A model generated the notes under the pieces. The model saw nothing but the letters and a program-made list of their open reading frames with translations, was not told the DNA's origin and did not search any database. The translations under genes were made by a program, and so were the position numbers. A stretch of DNA of 63,950 nucleotides, filler included, from Octopus bimaculoides (Eukaryota): assembly GCF_001194135.2 (NCBI RefSeq). It is 6 parts of 6 records of this genome, joined end to end, with 100 filler letters (N's around TTAATTAATTAA, not from the genome) between each part and the next. Parts side by side here need not be neighbours in the genome. Positions count along the whole stretch, not along the records: positions 42,183 to 61,197 come from NC_069003.1; 5 more parts are not named here. One strand, 5' to 3'. Shown here piece after piece: positions 50,341 to 61,297 of the stretch. Numbering within the stretch: position 1 is the stretch's first letter; every line of letters begins with the position of its first letter.

Positions 50341-51319
50341 TGAACATTAAACACTATATACTCAGTCTGATGTTGCCACACCCAGTAGGATGTTATAACA
50401 GCATTACAAATCAATATGGTTCAATAAATCAATACAGACAAATCAATACACATAGCTATAATTTTATATCTTGTCTCACTCTCTACTATCTGTGTCATGT
50501 AGAAAATAACAAGTTTTTTTTTTTTTTACATTTCAGGTGACAAAGAAACTCTCTTATCCTTGCAAATATTGTTGGAAGACAACCCTTTCAAGAAGCAGTG
50601 GCTGTAATTTCAAAAGAAAAGAGTCTTTTGAATTATTTTTTGGAAGTGTATGGCCACTCACCAATGATTAAAACAAGAAAAAGATAAAAGATAGGATAGA
50701 AACACATACGTATGCATTCATAGACATGCATGCACATTCATGCACACACACACACACTCACACACACACACACACACNNNNNNNNNNNNNNNNNNNNNNN
50801 NNNNNNNNNNNNNNNNNNNNNNNNNNNNNNNNNNNNNNNNNNNNNNNNNNNNNNNNNNNNNNNNNNNNNNNNNNNNNNNNNNNNNNNNNNNNNNNNNNNN
50901 NNNNNNNNNNNNNNNNNNNNNNNNNNNNNNNNNNNNNNNNNNNNNNNNNNNNNNNNNNNNNNNNNNNNNNNNNNNNNNNNNNNNNNNNNNNNNNNNNNNN
51001 NNNNNNNNNNNNNNNNNNNNNNNNNNNNNNNNNNNNNNNNNNNNNNNNNNNNNNNNNNNNNNNNNNNNNNNNNNNNNNNNNNNNNNNNNNNNNNNNNNNN
51101 NNNNNNNNNNNNNNNNNNNNNNNNNNNNNNNNNNNNNNNNNNNNNNNNNNNNNNNNNNNNNNNNNNNNNNNNNNNNNNNNNNNNNNNNNNNNNNNNNNNN
51201 NNNNNNNNNNNNNNNNNNNNNNNNNNNNNNNNNNNNGGGATTGAACCAAGTATCACATATTTTCAATGTTAACTTCTCAATCATTTTTTTCCTGCCTTAT
51301 ATTACACTGTCTCAGTACA

Positions 51320-51709
51320 GTGGAGGCGCAATGGCCCAGTGGTTAGGGCAGCAGACTCGCGGTCATAGGATCACGGTTTCGGTTCCCAGACCGGCCGTTG
51401 TGAGTGTTTATTGAGCGAAAACACCTAAAAGCTCCACGAGGCTCCGGCAGGGGATGGTGGTGAACCCTGCTGTACTCTTCTACCACGACTTTCTCTCACT
51501 CTTACTTCCTGTTTCTGTTGTGCCTGTAATTCAAAGGGGTCAGCGTTGTCACACACTGTGTCACGCTGAATATCCCCAAGAACTACATTAAGGGTACATG
51601 TGTCTGTGGAGTGCTCAGCCACTTGCACGTTAATTTCACGAGCAGGCTGTTCCGTTGATTGGATCAACTGGAACCCTCGACATCGTAAGCCAACATCGGA
51701 GTGCCAACA
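51320..51709 (+). mobile_element. Family R SINE, full length, with perfect 19-bp TSD
   Basis: attacactgtctcagtaca at 51301-51319 and 51710-51728. Confidence 0.95.
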
Positions 51710-51825
51710 ATTACACTGTCTCAGTACAACATAGCGTTTGGTACCAGATCATTCTAAGAATGGTCAGGCTCAGAGACCAGTGACCACTTATCATCTCTTT
51801 AGCATTTACCTCTGGAGTGTAAAAG

Positions 51826-52070
51826 CATGTGGCTTAGTGATTATGGTATGGGGCTTGTGATCACAAGATTGTGGTTTCGATTCCTGCACTGGGCAACGTG
51901 TTGTGTTCTTGAGCAAAACTCTTCACTTCACGTCGCTCCAGTCTTCTCCACTGACACAAATGAATAATCTTGTGACAGACCAGCGTCCCATCCATGGGGG
52001 GAATTTCTATGCCATGGAAACCAGAAAACCGGCCCTTATGAGTCGGCATAACATGAGAAGGTAACCTTTT
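51826..52070 (+). mobile_element. Old tRNA-CORE SINE
   Basis: A-box tggcttagtga, B-box ggtttcgattcc, CORE-like gtgttcttgagcaaaactcttcac. Confidence 0.7.
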
Positions 52071-52097
52071 TACTTCTGGAGTGGTTCTGTTGTAGCC

Positions 52098-52290
52098 TAT
52101 GTTTGTTGCTGCTGGTTAACCCCTGATCTTCCATGGTCTAGATGGCTCCGATGATCAAATGCATTCCAATCATGACCATCCCATCTTTATTAATATCAGG
52201 GATGACATTATCCAATATACCCTTTTTCTTATCTTTGACAGTAAGGCCCGATTTAAGGAAGATTTGGCTGTTATTTTCAGCAACTTTAGC
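52098..52290 (-). mobile_element. Family D repeat
   Basis: gttaacccctgatc...tgatcaaatgcattccaatcatgaccatcccatc...gaagatttggctgttattttcagc. Confidence 0.65.
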
Positions 52291-52309
52291 ATTCACCAAG
52301 AATATCCCT

Positions 52310-52786
52310 TGCATGTGTGTGTGTGTGTGTGTACATGTTGAGTGTGTGTATATTTGTATACATGTGTGTGCGTATGTGATAATGTGTTCATACGTATTGA
52401 ATGCATGTATGTGTATGTGATGATGTTTGTGTGTGTGTGTGTGTGTGTGTGCGTGTGTTTGTGTTTGTGTGTGTGTAATAGTGTGCTCAATATGTATGTA
52501 ATGTATGTTCATGTTTGTACATGTATATATGCATATAGAGTGTGATAATGTGTTCATATGTGTATGTATGTACATGTGTGTGTATATATGAATATACACA
52601 TGTGTGTGTGTGTCATAATGTGTTTATATGTGCATGTATATGTATGTTTCTGTATGTATATACGTTTCTATATATGTATGTGTATGCTTCTGTGTTTGTG
52701 AAGTGTATTTATGTGTTTCTCAGTGTGTGTATAAGTTGAGGCGAAACAGGTACATACACACACACACACACAGACATATATATATG

Positions 52787-52846
<60 letters not shown>

Positions 52847-53432
52847 AACAGCTCATGTCACATTAAACTGGTCAGCTGTGGACCCCTTAACCTTCAGATG
52901 GACAGTTGTTAGTTCAGCCAGGTGAGTTCTCTCACCATAAAACTTGACCATGTTTGGAAAAAAAAAAAATAACATCACAGAACAAGCGTTATTAGAGAGG
53001 GTGGGAGGGCGAAAAAGAAAGAAAGAAAGAAGGAAGAAAGAAAGAAAGAAAGAAAGAAGGAAGGAAGAAAGAAGGAATGTGCGAGAGAAAGAGCTTGTGC
53101 AAAAGAAATGGAAAGACAGAGAGAGAAAGAGAGAGAGAGGGAATGATAGAGAAGAGGAAGGCAGAGGGAGATATAATGAGGACATATGAGAAAGAGTGTG
53201 TCTGAGAGAGAAAGTGACTGTGTGGAAGAAAGAGAGAGAGAGAGAGAATGTGAGTGTGTATGAGAGGAGAGTTTGAGCGAAAAGAAGTGATTGAGAATAT
53301 GTGTGAAGGAGAGAGAGAGACAGAGACAGACAGACAGACAGAAATTGGGTGAAATTAAGAGATAGGGAAAAATAGACCGAGAGAGAGAGGGGGGGAGCTA
53401 GAGAGCAAGAGAAAGACAGAAAGAGAAGAAGT

Positions 53433-53472
<40 letters not shown>

Positions 53473-53584
53473 CAGGGAGAGAGAGAGAGGAGTTAAAGAG
53501 AGAGAAAAAGAGGGAGAGAGAGGGCAATGAATAGAGAAAAGAAGGAAAAAGAAGTCCAAGAATGTGAGAGCAAATGAAAGTGTA

Positions 53585-53615
<31 letters not shown>

Positions 53616-53670
53616 AAGAGAGAGAGTGTGAGAGAGAGAGAGAGAGAATGAGAGAGAGAGAGAGAGTTGC
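52310..53670. repeat. (TG)n, (GAAA)n, (GA)n and (TA)n compound low-complexity block
   Basis: Direct inspection. Confidence 0.9.
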
Positions 53671-54287
53671 ATTGAACAACTCAGTCTTATCTTGATTCGC
53701 CAGTAAAAACAAGTATTCTCTATTGACAATAATAAAAATCAATAAATCGATAAATCTATTAATCAATAGAACCACTGAAGGTGAATATATGTGCGTGTGT
53801 ATGTGTGCGTGTGCATGTATGAGTGTGTGTAATGACCAGATGAAACTAATGTAAGCATGTGTGAATGTATGTATATATCTATGTGCGTATGTATGTGTTT
53901 GTCCATAATTATGTCTCTATGTTAGTATGTGTGCTTGTGTACCTGGGTGCTACAATGTGTGTGTGTGTGTGTGTGTATACATGTAGGGGTGTTTGTAACT
54001 ATGTCAGTGTGTGTATATTTATGTCTATGTATGTGTGTGTCTATGTGTCAAAATCGATATGTGTGTGCTTGTGTGTTTGTTTGTCTATTATGGAACTCTG
54101 TGCCATAATAGGGGAGTTTAAGGCCAGTAATCTGTAGAAACTGTTATAATATGATAACTGCATAATCCAATCTGTCAAAGAGTTAAGGAAGAAATTTCAA
54201 CTGACAAAGCAAATCCTAGAATCAAAAGATTTTTGCAGTAAACCTATCAAAGACAAAAGTTTTTAGTTATCAGGAAGGATGATTGTC

Positions 54288-54399
54288 ACACCCTAGCTGT
54301 GGAAGAGGTAGACCCAGGAAAACCTGGGATGAGGTGGTGAAGCACGACCTTTGAACATTGGGCCTTACCGAGGCAATGACTAGTGACCGAGACCTTTGG
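54288..54399 (+). mobile_element. Short 3' fragment of the same RTE family as 61298-62842
   Basis: acaccctagc-ctgtggaagagg...gaggcaatgactagtgaccgagacctttgg aligns to ~62610-62735 with a small deletion. Confidence 0.9.
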
Positions 54400-54409
54400 T
54401 CACCTCTTC

Positions 54410-54781
54410 CTTTGGTCACCTCTTTCTTTGGTCAACTCTTCCTTTCTCCTTTCAGCCAGCATAAAGACAAGACGAAACTACTGTCTCTATCTCCGTTCAG
54501 CTTCGTCACATCACAGCGTTCAATATCTCATCGCGTTCGGCCCTACGGCCTTTAATGTTGTTTTCACTGTTTAATTTTTCCTGTCTTGGTTTTTGTTTGC
54601 TACCTTAGAACCCTCCACTTAGCAGGTTAATTCACTACGTGGGAAGAGCTATTCTAAGAGCGCGTTCTGCCTCATCTTCGAAACGCCTAGTTTAGAATAG
54701 AGGCAGCTGATGAAGGAAAAGTTCCATAAGTGGCTCGTCTGTTTTCCTATGTGTTCACTTTGTTGTCCGTATAAAAGTCCG
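54410..54781 (+). mobile_element. Probable Penelope-like terminal repeat with hammerhead-like fold (family H3)
   Basis: GUU-ctgcctc...gaggcag-CTGATGA-A-ggaa/ttcc at 54664-54725. Confidence 0.45.
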
Positions 54782-55418
54782 NNNNNNNNNNNNNNNNNNN
54801 NNNNNNNNNNNNNNNNNNNNNNNNNNNNNNNNNNNNNNNNNNNNNNNNNNNNNNNNNNNNNNNNNNNNNNNNNNNNNNNNNNNNNNNNNNNNNNNNNNNN
54901 NNNNNNNNNNNNNNNNNNNNNNNNNNNNNNNNNNNNNNNNNNNNNNNNNNNNNNNNNNNNNNNNNNNNNNNNNNNNNNNNNNNNNNNNNNNNNNNNNNNN
55001 NNNNNNNNNNNNNNNNNNNNNNNNNNNNNNNNNNNNNNNNNNNNNNNNNNNNNNNNNNNNNNNNNNNNNNNNNNNNNNNNNNNNNNNNNNNNNNNNNNNN
55101 NNNNNNNNNNNNNNNNNNNNNNNNNNNNNNNNNNNNNNNNNNNNNNNNNNNNNNNNNNNNNNNNNNNNNNNNNNNNNNNNNNNNNNNNNNNNNNNNNNNN
55201 NNNNNNNNNNNNNNNNNNNNNNNNNNNNNNNNNNNNNNNNNNNNNNNNNNNNNNNNNNNNNNNNNNNNNNNNNNNNNNNNNNNNNNNNNNNNNNNNNNNN
55301 NNNNNNNNNNNNNNNNNNNNNNNNNNNNNNNNNNNNNNNNNNNNNNNNNNNNNNNNNNNNNNNNNNNNNNNNNNNNNNNNNNNNNNNNNNNNNNNNNNNN
55401 NNNNNNNNNNNNNNNNNG

Positions 55419-56050
55419 GGAAAATTTTAAAATTTGGTGTATTGATGTAATTTTCCATGCTGAATCTCGGGAGATGATTCACTTTTTGTAAAAAGTTACA
55501 GACGTTTAAAGTTTGATCATTTTTACCCTGTCAGAAAGCAGGATTTGGAAGCTGTCATTTTGTGCATGATGGTACTGTTGTCAACTGTAAACAAACGAAC
55601 CATATAAACCTTCATGACGTTTTTATTTTGGAGAATTTTCAGAAAATTTTCGCGAATTTGTATCTTACACACGGGATTTCATACGATTATGAAAAAAAAA
55701 AAAAATAAATAAAATCGGTGTGTGATTTAAAGACTATTTAGCAATTATTTTTAACACAGTTTACGACCACCATTTAATACGCGAAAAATGACCGCGTGAG
55801 TAAGCAATTTGGTAACATCTTGGCTTGTTACTATGGAAACGGGCACCTATAAGCTTGTGGCTTTCGATTGGCTAAAATTACTCCAAATGTGCAAACTTTA
55901 AAAGCTATCAACTCTTTATTTATTGATTTTTGGCGAAAATTAATTTCATGCCAATGATCTGCTGATTAAAATATAGTACACCAAATATGAAATCAATAGG
56001 AACAAAAATCTAAGAAATAAAAAAAAAAGTGGCAGCCAAACAGAAGATCC
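55419..56050. mobile_element. Right part of a non-autonomous DNA transposon (other end probably in the gap)
   Basis: Terminal ggcagccaaacagaagatcc (reverse complement GGATCTTCTGTTTGGCTGCC) resembles the TIR of the 57413-57533 MITE. Confidence 0.35.
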
Positions 56051-56196
56051 GCTAAGCGTACTTATACTTTCTTTTAGTGAGTTAATAATTTGAAAGGAAA
56101 GGGAACAAGGTGGGCGACGGTGGGAGGAGAGGAAACGTCGCAAACACACCAATATTAGCACGCGCTCGCGCGCACACAACACATAGAATTACATCA

Positions 56197-56490
56197 CAAA
56201 TAATTATGACGTAACAATAGAATCTGATGACACTTTCATTTCAGTTTTGGCGGCTTTGTGTTTACGCTTGCCAAGAGAATTTATTTTCAATCAAACACGC
56301 AAACCAACACACACACACACACACACATACATACACACACACATAGACACACACACACATAATAACATTACAAATAATCATGACGTAACAATAGAATCTG
56401 AAGGCTTTTTCATTTCGGTTTTGGTATCTTTGATATCTATGTTTGCAAAGAGAATTTATTTTCAATCAAACACGCAAACCAACACAAAGA
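56197..56490 (+). repeat. Two-copy tandem duplication, 174-bp period
   Basis: caaataat(t/c)atgacgtaacaatagaatctga...agagaatttattttcaatcaaacacgcaaaccaacac at 56197 and 56371. Confidence 0.9.
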
Positions 56491-56734
56491 CACACACACA
56501 AAGACACACACAAAGACACAAATACAAACACACGCGCACACACACAAATCAAATACACACTGACAAACACACAGACATACGCGCGCGCACACAGACAGAC
56601 AAACACACACACACACACAGTCAAACACACATGCACACACATTCACATTTACGCATGCACAGCACAGACACATATGCAAAAGCACATTCAATCATATTCA
56701 GACACATACACATACTCACACACACACACACATT

Positions 56735-56778
<44 letters not shown>

Positions 56779-57412
56779 TATGCACATCAGCACACACAAA
56801 TCGAATTCGGAATTATCGACATTAAACAGTGCATACCATTTCAAGCTGTTGAATTCGTTCCACATTATATAATTTATTTTCTGACTCGTGCGATACAAAA
56901 CTCTTGTCTAGCTGGAGTCGTTCTCTTTATTTATCCATTTATTTTGCATTCGAAACTTCATATGGCCATCTTCATTGCATACTGCTCAATTAACATATTC
57001 TTTTATTCTTTCTAATGTTTAGGCCATCAAGGAAAATGGAGGACACTACAGAAATGATAAATGGTTTATGACACAAAAGAAATTACTTTAAATTTGCTAA
57101 AATAACATTTGAAGTGGTTTATATATGGTCAGCTTGCGACATATACTCTAGTCGACTTAAAGGTTTTTGCAAAGTCAAGATATATCACGTCCATATTTAA
57201 GTTGTTGGGCAGCTGCTTTAACACCCGGTCATAGTGCTGTAAGAGCTGTGTCAGGCAGTCTGGAAACTTCTAGATCAGGAGTATGGAAACTTTTTAAACC
57301 AATTACCCCAAATTGTATTTATTTACGTCGACGTTACCCTGTTGATTTGAACGGAAGAAAATCATAGATTCTTTGAATTCAAAAGGTTTATTGAATCTAT
57401 AAAGATCTCTCT

Positions 57413-57533
57413 GGATCTTTTTGGTTTGACGGGCAACACTTGTTTTCTTAACGAAACACTTTCAAACTTGGGATACTGGTAGAATGTGTCATATAAAACA
57501 TCTTTTATGTTGCCCGTCAAACCCAAAAGATCC
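57413..57533. mobile_element. 121-bp MITE with 26-bp TIRs (25/26 match) and 8-bp TSD; Merlin-like
   Basis: TIRs ggatctttttggtttgacgggcaaca 57413-57438 and tgttgcccgtcaaacccaaaagatcc 57508-57533; TSD atctctct at 57405-57412 and 57534-57541. Confidence 0.85.
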
Positions 57534-57601
57534 ATCTCTCTCTCTCTCTCTCTTTTTTTTTCTCTCTCTCTCTCTCTCTCTCTTTTTTTTCTCTCTCTCT
57601 C

Positions 57602-57644
<43 letters not shown>

Positions 57645-58216
57645 TTGAGAGAGAAACTGACAGATAGAGAGCAAGAAAGATAAGCTATAGAAAGCAAGAC
57701 AATTGGAGAATAATGATTAGATAAAGTAATAAATTAAAAGCGTGGAGTAAATAAAACACAAGTGAGAGAGAGAAAAAGCATAAAGTCAGGAGAATGAAAA
57801 TGAGAAGTAAATTTAAACAAAGAAAGGCGGAGTGGGAGTGGGAGTGAGATAGAAGGGTGAGTAAGTATATGTAACAAAATTTTTGGCATCACACTGTCTT
57901 TAGTTATCTCGGTTTTTTATCTTTGTCTTTTGAAGTGTATATTAATAAATAAAATAATGTCATCATTATATGAAAAATGTTGCAGTACGGCTTTAGATAC
58001 ATCTTTTGAATGAAGTAGTAACTAACGCTTTTTTTGGAATGTGTGTGTACTTGTGTGTGTGTGTGTGTGTGTGTGTGCGGCTGTGTACGTGTATATACAT
58101 GTGTGGATGTACGAGTGTGTCAGTACGTGTGTGTGTGTGTGTGTGCGTTTGTGTATGTGCGTGCGTATGTACGTGTATATATATATATATGTGTGTGGGT
58201 GTATGACTGTGTGTGT

Positions 58217-58247
<31 letters not shown>

Positions 58248-58919
58248 NNNNNNNNNNNNNNNNNNNNNNNNNNNNNNNNNNNNNNNNNNNNNNNNNNNNN
58301 NNNNNNNNNNNNNNNNNNNNNNNNNNNNNNNNNNNNNNNNNNNNNNNNNNNNNNNNNNNNNNNNNNNNNNNNNNNNNNNNNNNNNNNNNNNNNNNNNNNN
58401 NNNNNNNNNNNNNNNNNNNNNNNNNNNNNNNNNNNNNNNNNNNNNNNNNNNNNNNNNNNNNNNNNNNNNNNNNNNNNNNNNNNNNNNNNNNNNNNNNNNN
58501 NNNNNNNNNNNNNNNNNNNNNNNNNNNNNNNNNNNNNNNNNNNNNNNNNNNNNNNNNNNNNNNNNNNNNNNNNNNNNNNNNNNNNNNNNNNNNNNNNNNN
58601 NNNNNNNNNNNNNNNNNNNNNNNNNNNNNNNNNNNNNNNNNNNNNNNNNNNNNNNNNNNNNNNNNNNNNNNNNNNNNNNNNNNNNNNNNNNNNNNNNNNN
58701 NNNNNNNNNNNNNNNNNNNNNNNNNNNNNNNNNNNNNNNNNNNNNNNNNNNNNNNNNNNNNNNNNNNNNNNNNNNNNNNNNNNNNNNNNNNNNNNNNNNN
58801 NNNNNNNNNNNNNNNNNNNNNNNNNNNNNNNNNNNNNNNNNNNNNNNNNNNNNNNNNNNNNNNNNNNNNNNNNNNNNNNNNTCTAGTTGATGTTCGTTAT
58901 ACATCACATGTGTCATAAC

Positions 58920-59240
58920 CTTGTTTGAAACCATTATTCGTCCATAATATTGGTTTAAAATTTTGGCACCAGGCCAGAAATTTCGAGAAGCGAGGGTAAG
59001 CCGATTGCATCGATCCCCAGTGCTCAACTGGTACTTATTTTATCCTCCACCCCTCGAAAAGATGAAAGGTAAAGTCGACCTCGGCGGAACTCGAACTCAG
59101 AATATAAAGACGGACGAAATACCAATTTCTTTATTGCCCACGGGGGGGGGGGGCTAAACATAGAATGGTACAAAACAACAACGGACGAAATGCCGTTAAG
59201 CATTTTGGCTGGCATGCTAACGATTCTACCAGCTCGCCGC
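58920..59240 (-). mobile_element. Nested/adjacent family M SINE pieces
   Basis: gatgaaaggtaaagtcgacctcggcggaactcgaactcag; catgctaacgattctaccagctcgccgc. Confidence 0.8.
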
Positions 59241-59269
59241 TGTCTTGTATCTCTTTATAATAATAACCA

Positions 59270-60045
59270 GTGAGGAAATGTAAATTCACACTGAAAAAGG
59301 AAACAGTATGTGTAGATATTGGCAGAAGAACGGTTACAAATTCCTGAATTTAAAGATTAGCTCCAACAAAATGAATATGATAGAAGCAAACTCTTGTAAT
59401 GTTGCAATTTTACTCGGAGAAATGCAAATAAATCCATGGTAATGATACAAAAAATTTCTCTCAAGCCTAAGAAAATACCTAATGTTGATATTTTTCGTAT
59501 GATATGAATCGTATCATGATATAAAAAGTCAACAGAGACTGAACAAACAACCAGAAGTGAGCAGCTTTTTATTGCTGGCTATATCATTGAACATAACATT
59601 CGCTTTGCAAAAGCTGATCTTCTGATGACGATGCTATAAAGAGAGCATTTCCAGACAGTAAAATTGTTTGAAAATTATCAATGAAAAGAACAAAATTTCT
59701 GTATGTTAGTCAAGATGGCATAGACTTCCATGAAAAAGTAGTGATAATGGATATCTCTGTAAGCCACAAACATTTTCTGTCATTCATAATTCATGAAAGT
59801 ACGGACATTTCAGATACCCAAATTTTCGTTATAGTTGTTAGATACTTTAATTTAAATAAATATCAAAATCATAGAAACTATATTTTAGACAATTACTACC
59901 GTAATTGTTTAAAGTGGAACGGCTCTTGGTTTTTACAGTCCTGTCATATTTCTCTTGCATGAAAGAAATATTCCTAAGATTTTCAACTCCTAAGAACCTT
60001 TTGCGGAACGCTAGGGTTCCAGGGAACCCCGATTGAGAAACACTG
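59270..60045 (+). mobile_element. Internally deleted hAT transposon remnant (N-terminal Zn-finger region to first catalytic Asp) with right TIR
   Basis: Frames give EERLQIPEFKD*L, FIAGYIIEHNIRFAKADLL, AFPDSKIV*KLSMKRTK and FLSFIIHESTDISDTQIFVIVVRYF (DESTD-like); right end ttgagaaacactg 60033-60045 is followed by ctctagac (Charlie-type NTCTAGAN target). Confidence 0.8.
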
Positions 60046-60164
60046 CTCTAGACTTCCGAGGCTCCTGGGCAACTAACTGCCCAGTGCGTCCATGCCTTAA
60101 GACGGCACTGTTCCTGTTGTTTCTTTATCATCATCTTCATTATCATTATCAAAACGTTTCTCTC

Positions 60165-60235
60165 GTAAGCGAACTTGTACTGATCCTAGAACCACGTGGT
60201 TGGGAAGCAAGCTTCTTACCACACAGCTACGTCGA
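60165..60235 (-). mobile_element. Family C SINE head fragment
   Basis: aaccacgtggttgggaagcaagcttcttaccacacagctac. Confidence 0.75.
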
Positions 60236-60475
60236 ATACATAAATGTGTGTGTGTATATGTATGTACACACACTTGTATATATANNNNNNNNNNNNNNNN
60301 NNNNNNNNNNNNNNNNNNNNNNNNNNNNNNNNNNNNNNNNNNNNNNNNNNNNNNNNNNNNNNNNNNNNNNNNNNNNNNNNNNNNNNNNNNNNNNNNNNNN
60401 NNNNNNNNNNNNNNNNNNNNNNNNNNNNNNNNNNNNNNNNNNNNNNNNNNNNNNNNNNNNNNNNNNNNNNNNNNN

Positions 60476-60507
<32 letters not shown>

Positions 60508-60912
60508 TGTATGTTTATAAATGTATATTTCTATATTTATTGTGGCGTGATGTGTGTGTGTGTGTGTGCACGCGCGCACACACACACGTCTAGAATTAGA
60601 TGCTTACTTATTACGCAGTTGCTGAAATATCTCAATGCTTTACTGATTAGAGACACGAGTTTCTAAAGATCCGATTTTGGTTGACGCCTGCTGAAGCATT
60701 GAAGATATAAATACAAAAGTGGAATCACAAAACGTACTTGTAAGAGAAATCGTCAGTTTGTGATGTCATAATAGAAATGTATCAGAAAGTGGAATTGAGA
60801 TATATAAAGAAATGAAAATTTCCAAATTTATTAACCAGCGCTGCTAAATGAGGATTGAAATGACGTCATAAAAGAATACAGTAATACCTCACTTTACAAG
60901 CACCCGCTTTAC

Positions 60913-60943
<31 letters not shown>

Positions 60944-60989
60944 TGTATGTATGTATGTATATATACATACATATATATGCCATGATTCG

Positions 60990-61190
60990 CCATGATAGAT
61001 CGCTGACCACTACATTTATATATTTTTTATCCTTGTTTCTCTCCTTATTTCTTTCTGTGTTCCTTTCAGTTGAAGAGCGTAGGCTCGAAACGTCAAAGAC
61101 TTTCTCTATTCCCGAGCGTTAAACTAATACATCCATTTGTTGTTTACACCACCTGTCTTCGTTTGTTGCATTTTTCGTAAATTCTCCCAT
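60990..61190 (+). mobile_element. Penelope-like pseudo-LTR with hammerhead-like motif (family H2)
   Basis: cttt-CAGTTGA-A-gagc-gtag-gctc-GAAA-cgt-C-aaag at 61063-61098; homologous to 7960-8075. Confidence 0.6.
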
Positions 61191-61297
61191 ATATATANNN
61201 NNNNNNNNNNNNNNNNNNNNNNNNNNNNNNNNNNNNNNNNNTTAATTAATTAANNNNNNNNNNNNNNNNNNNNNNNNNNNNNNNNNNNNNNNNNNNN

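Noticed and set aside
49875-50414. 179-aa His/Thr-rich ORF (NHHTTL repeats)
   Set aside because: It is the C/A-rich strand of an 18-bp minisatellite, which tends to lack stops; the repeat register slips mid-ORF and the start is not a credible ATG context.
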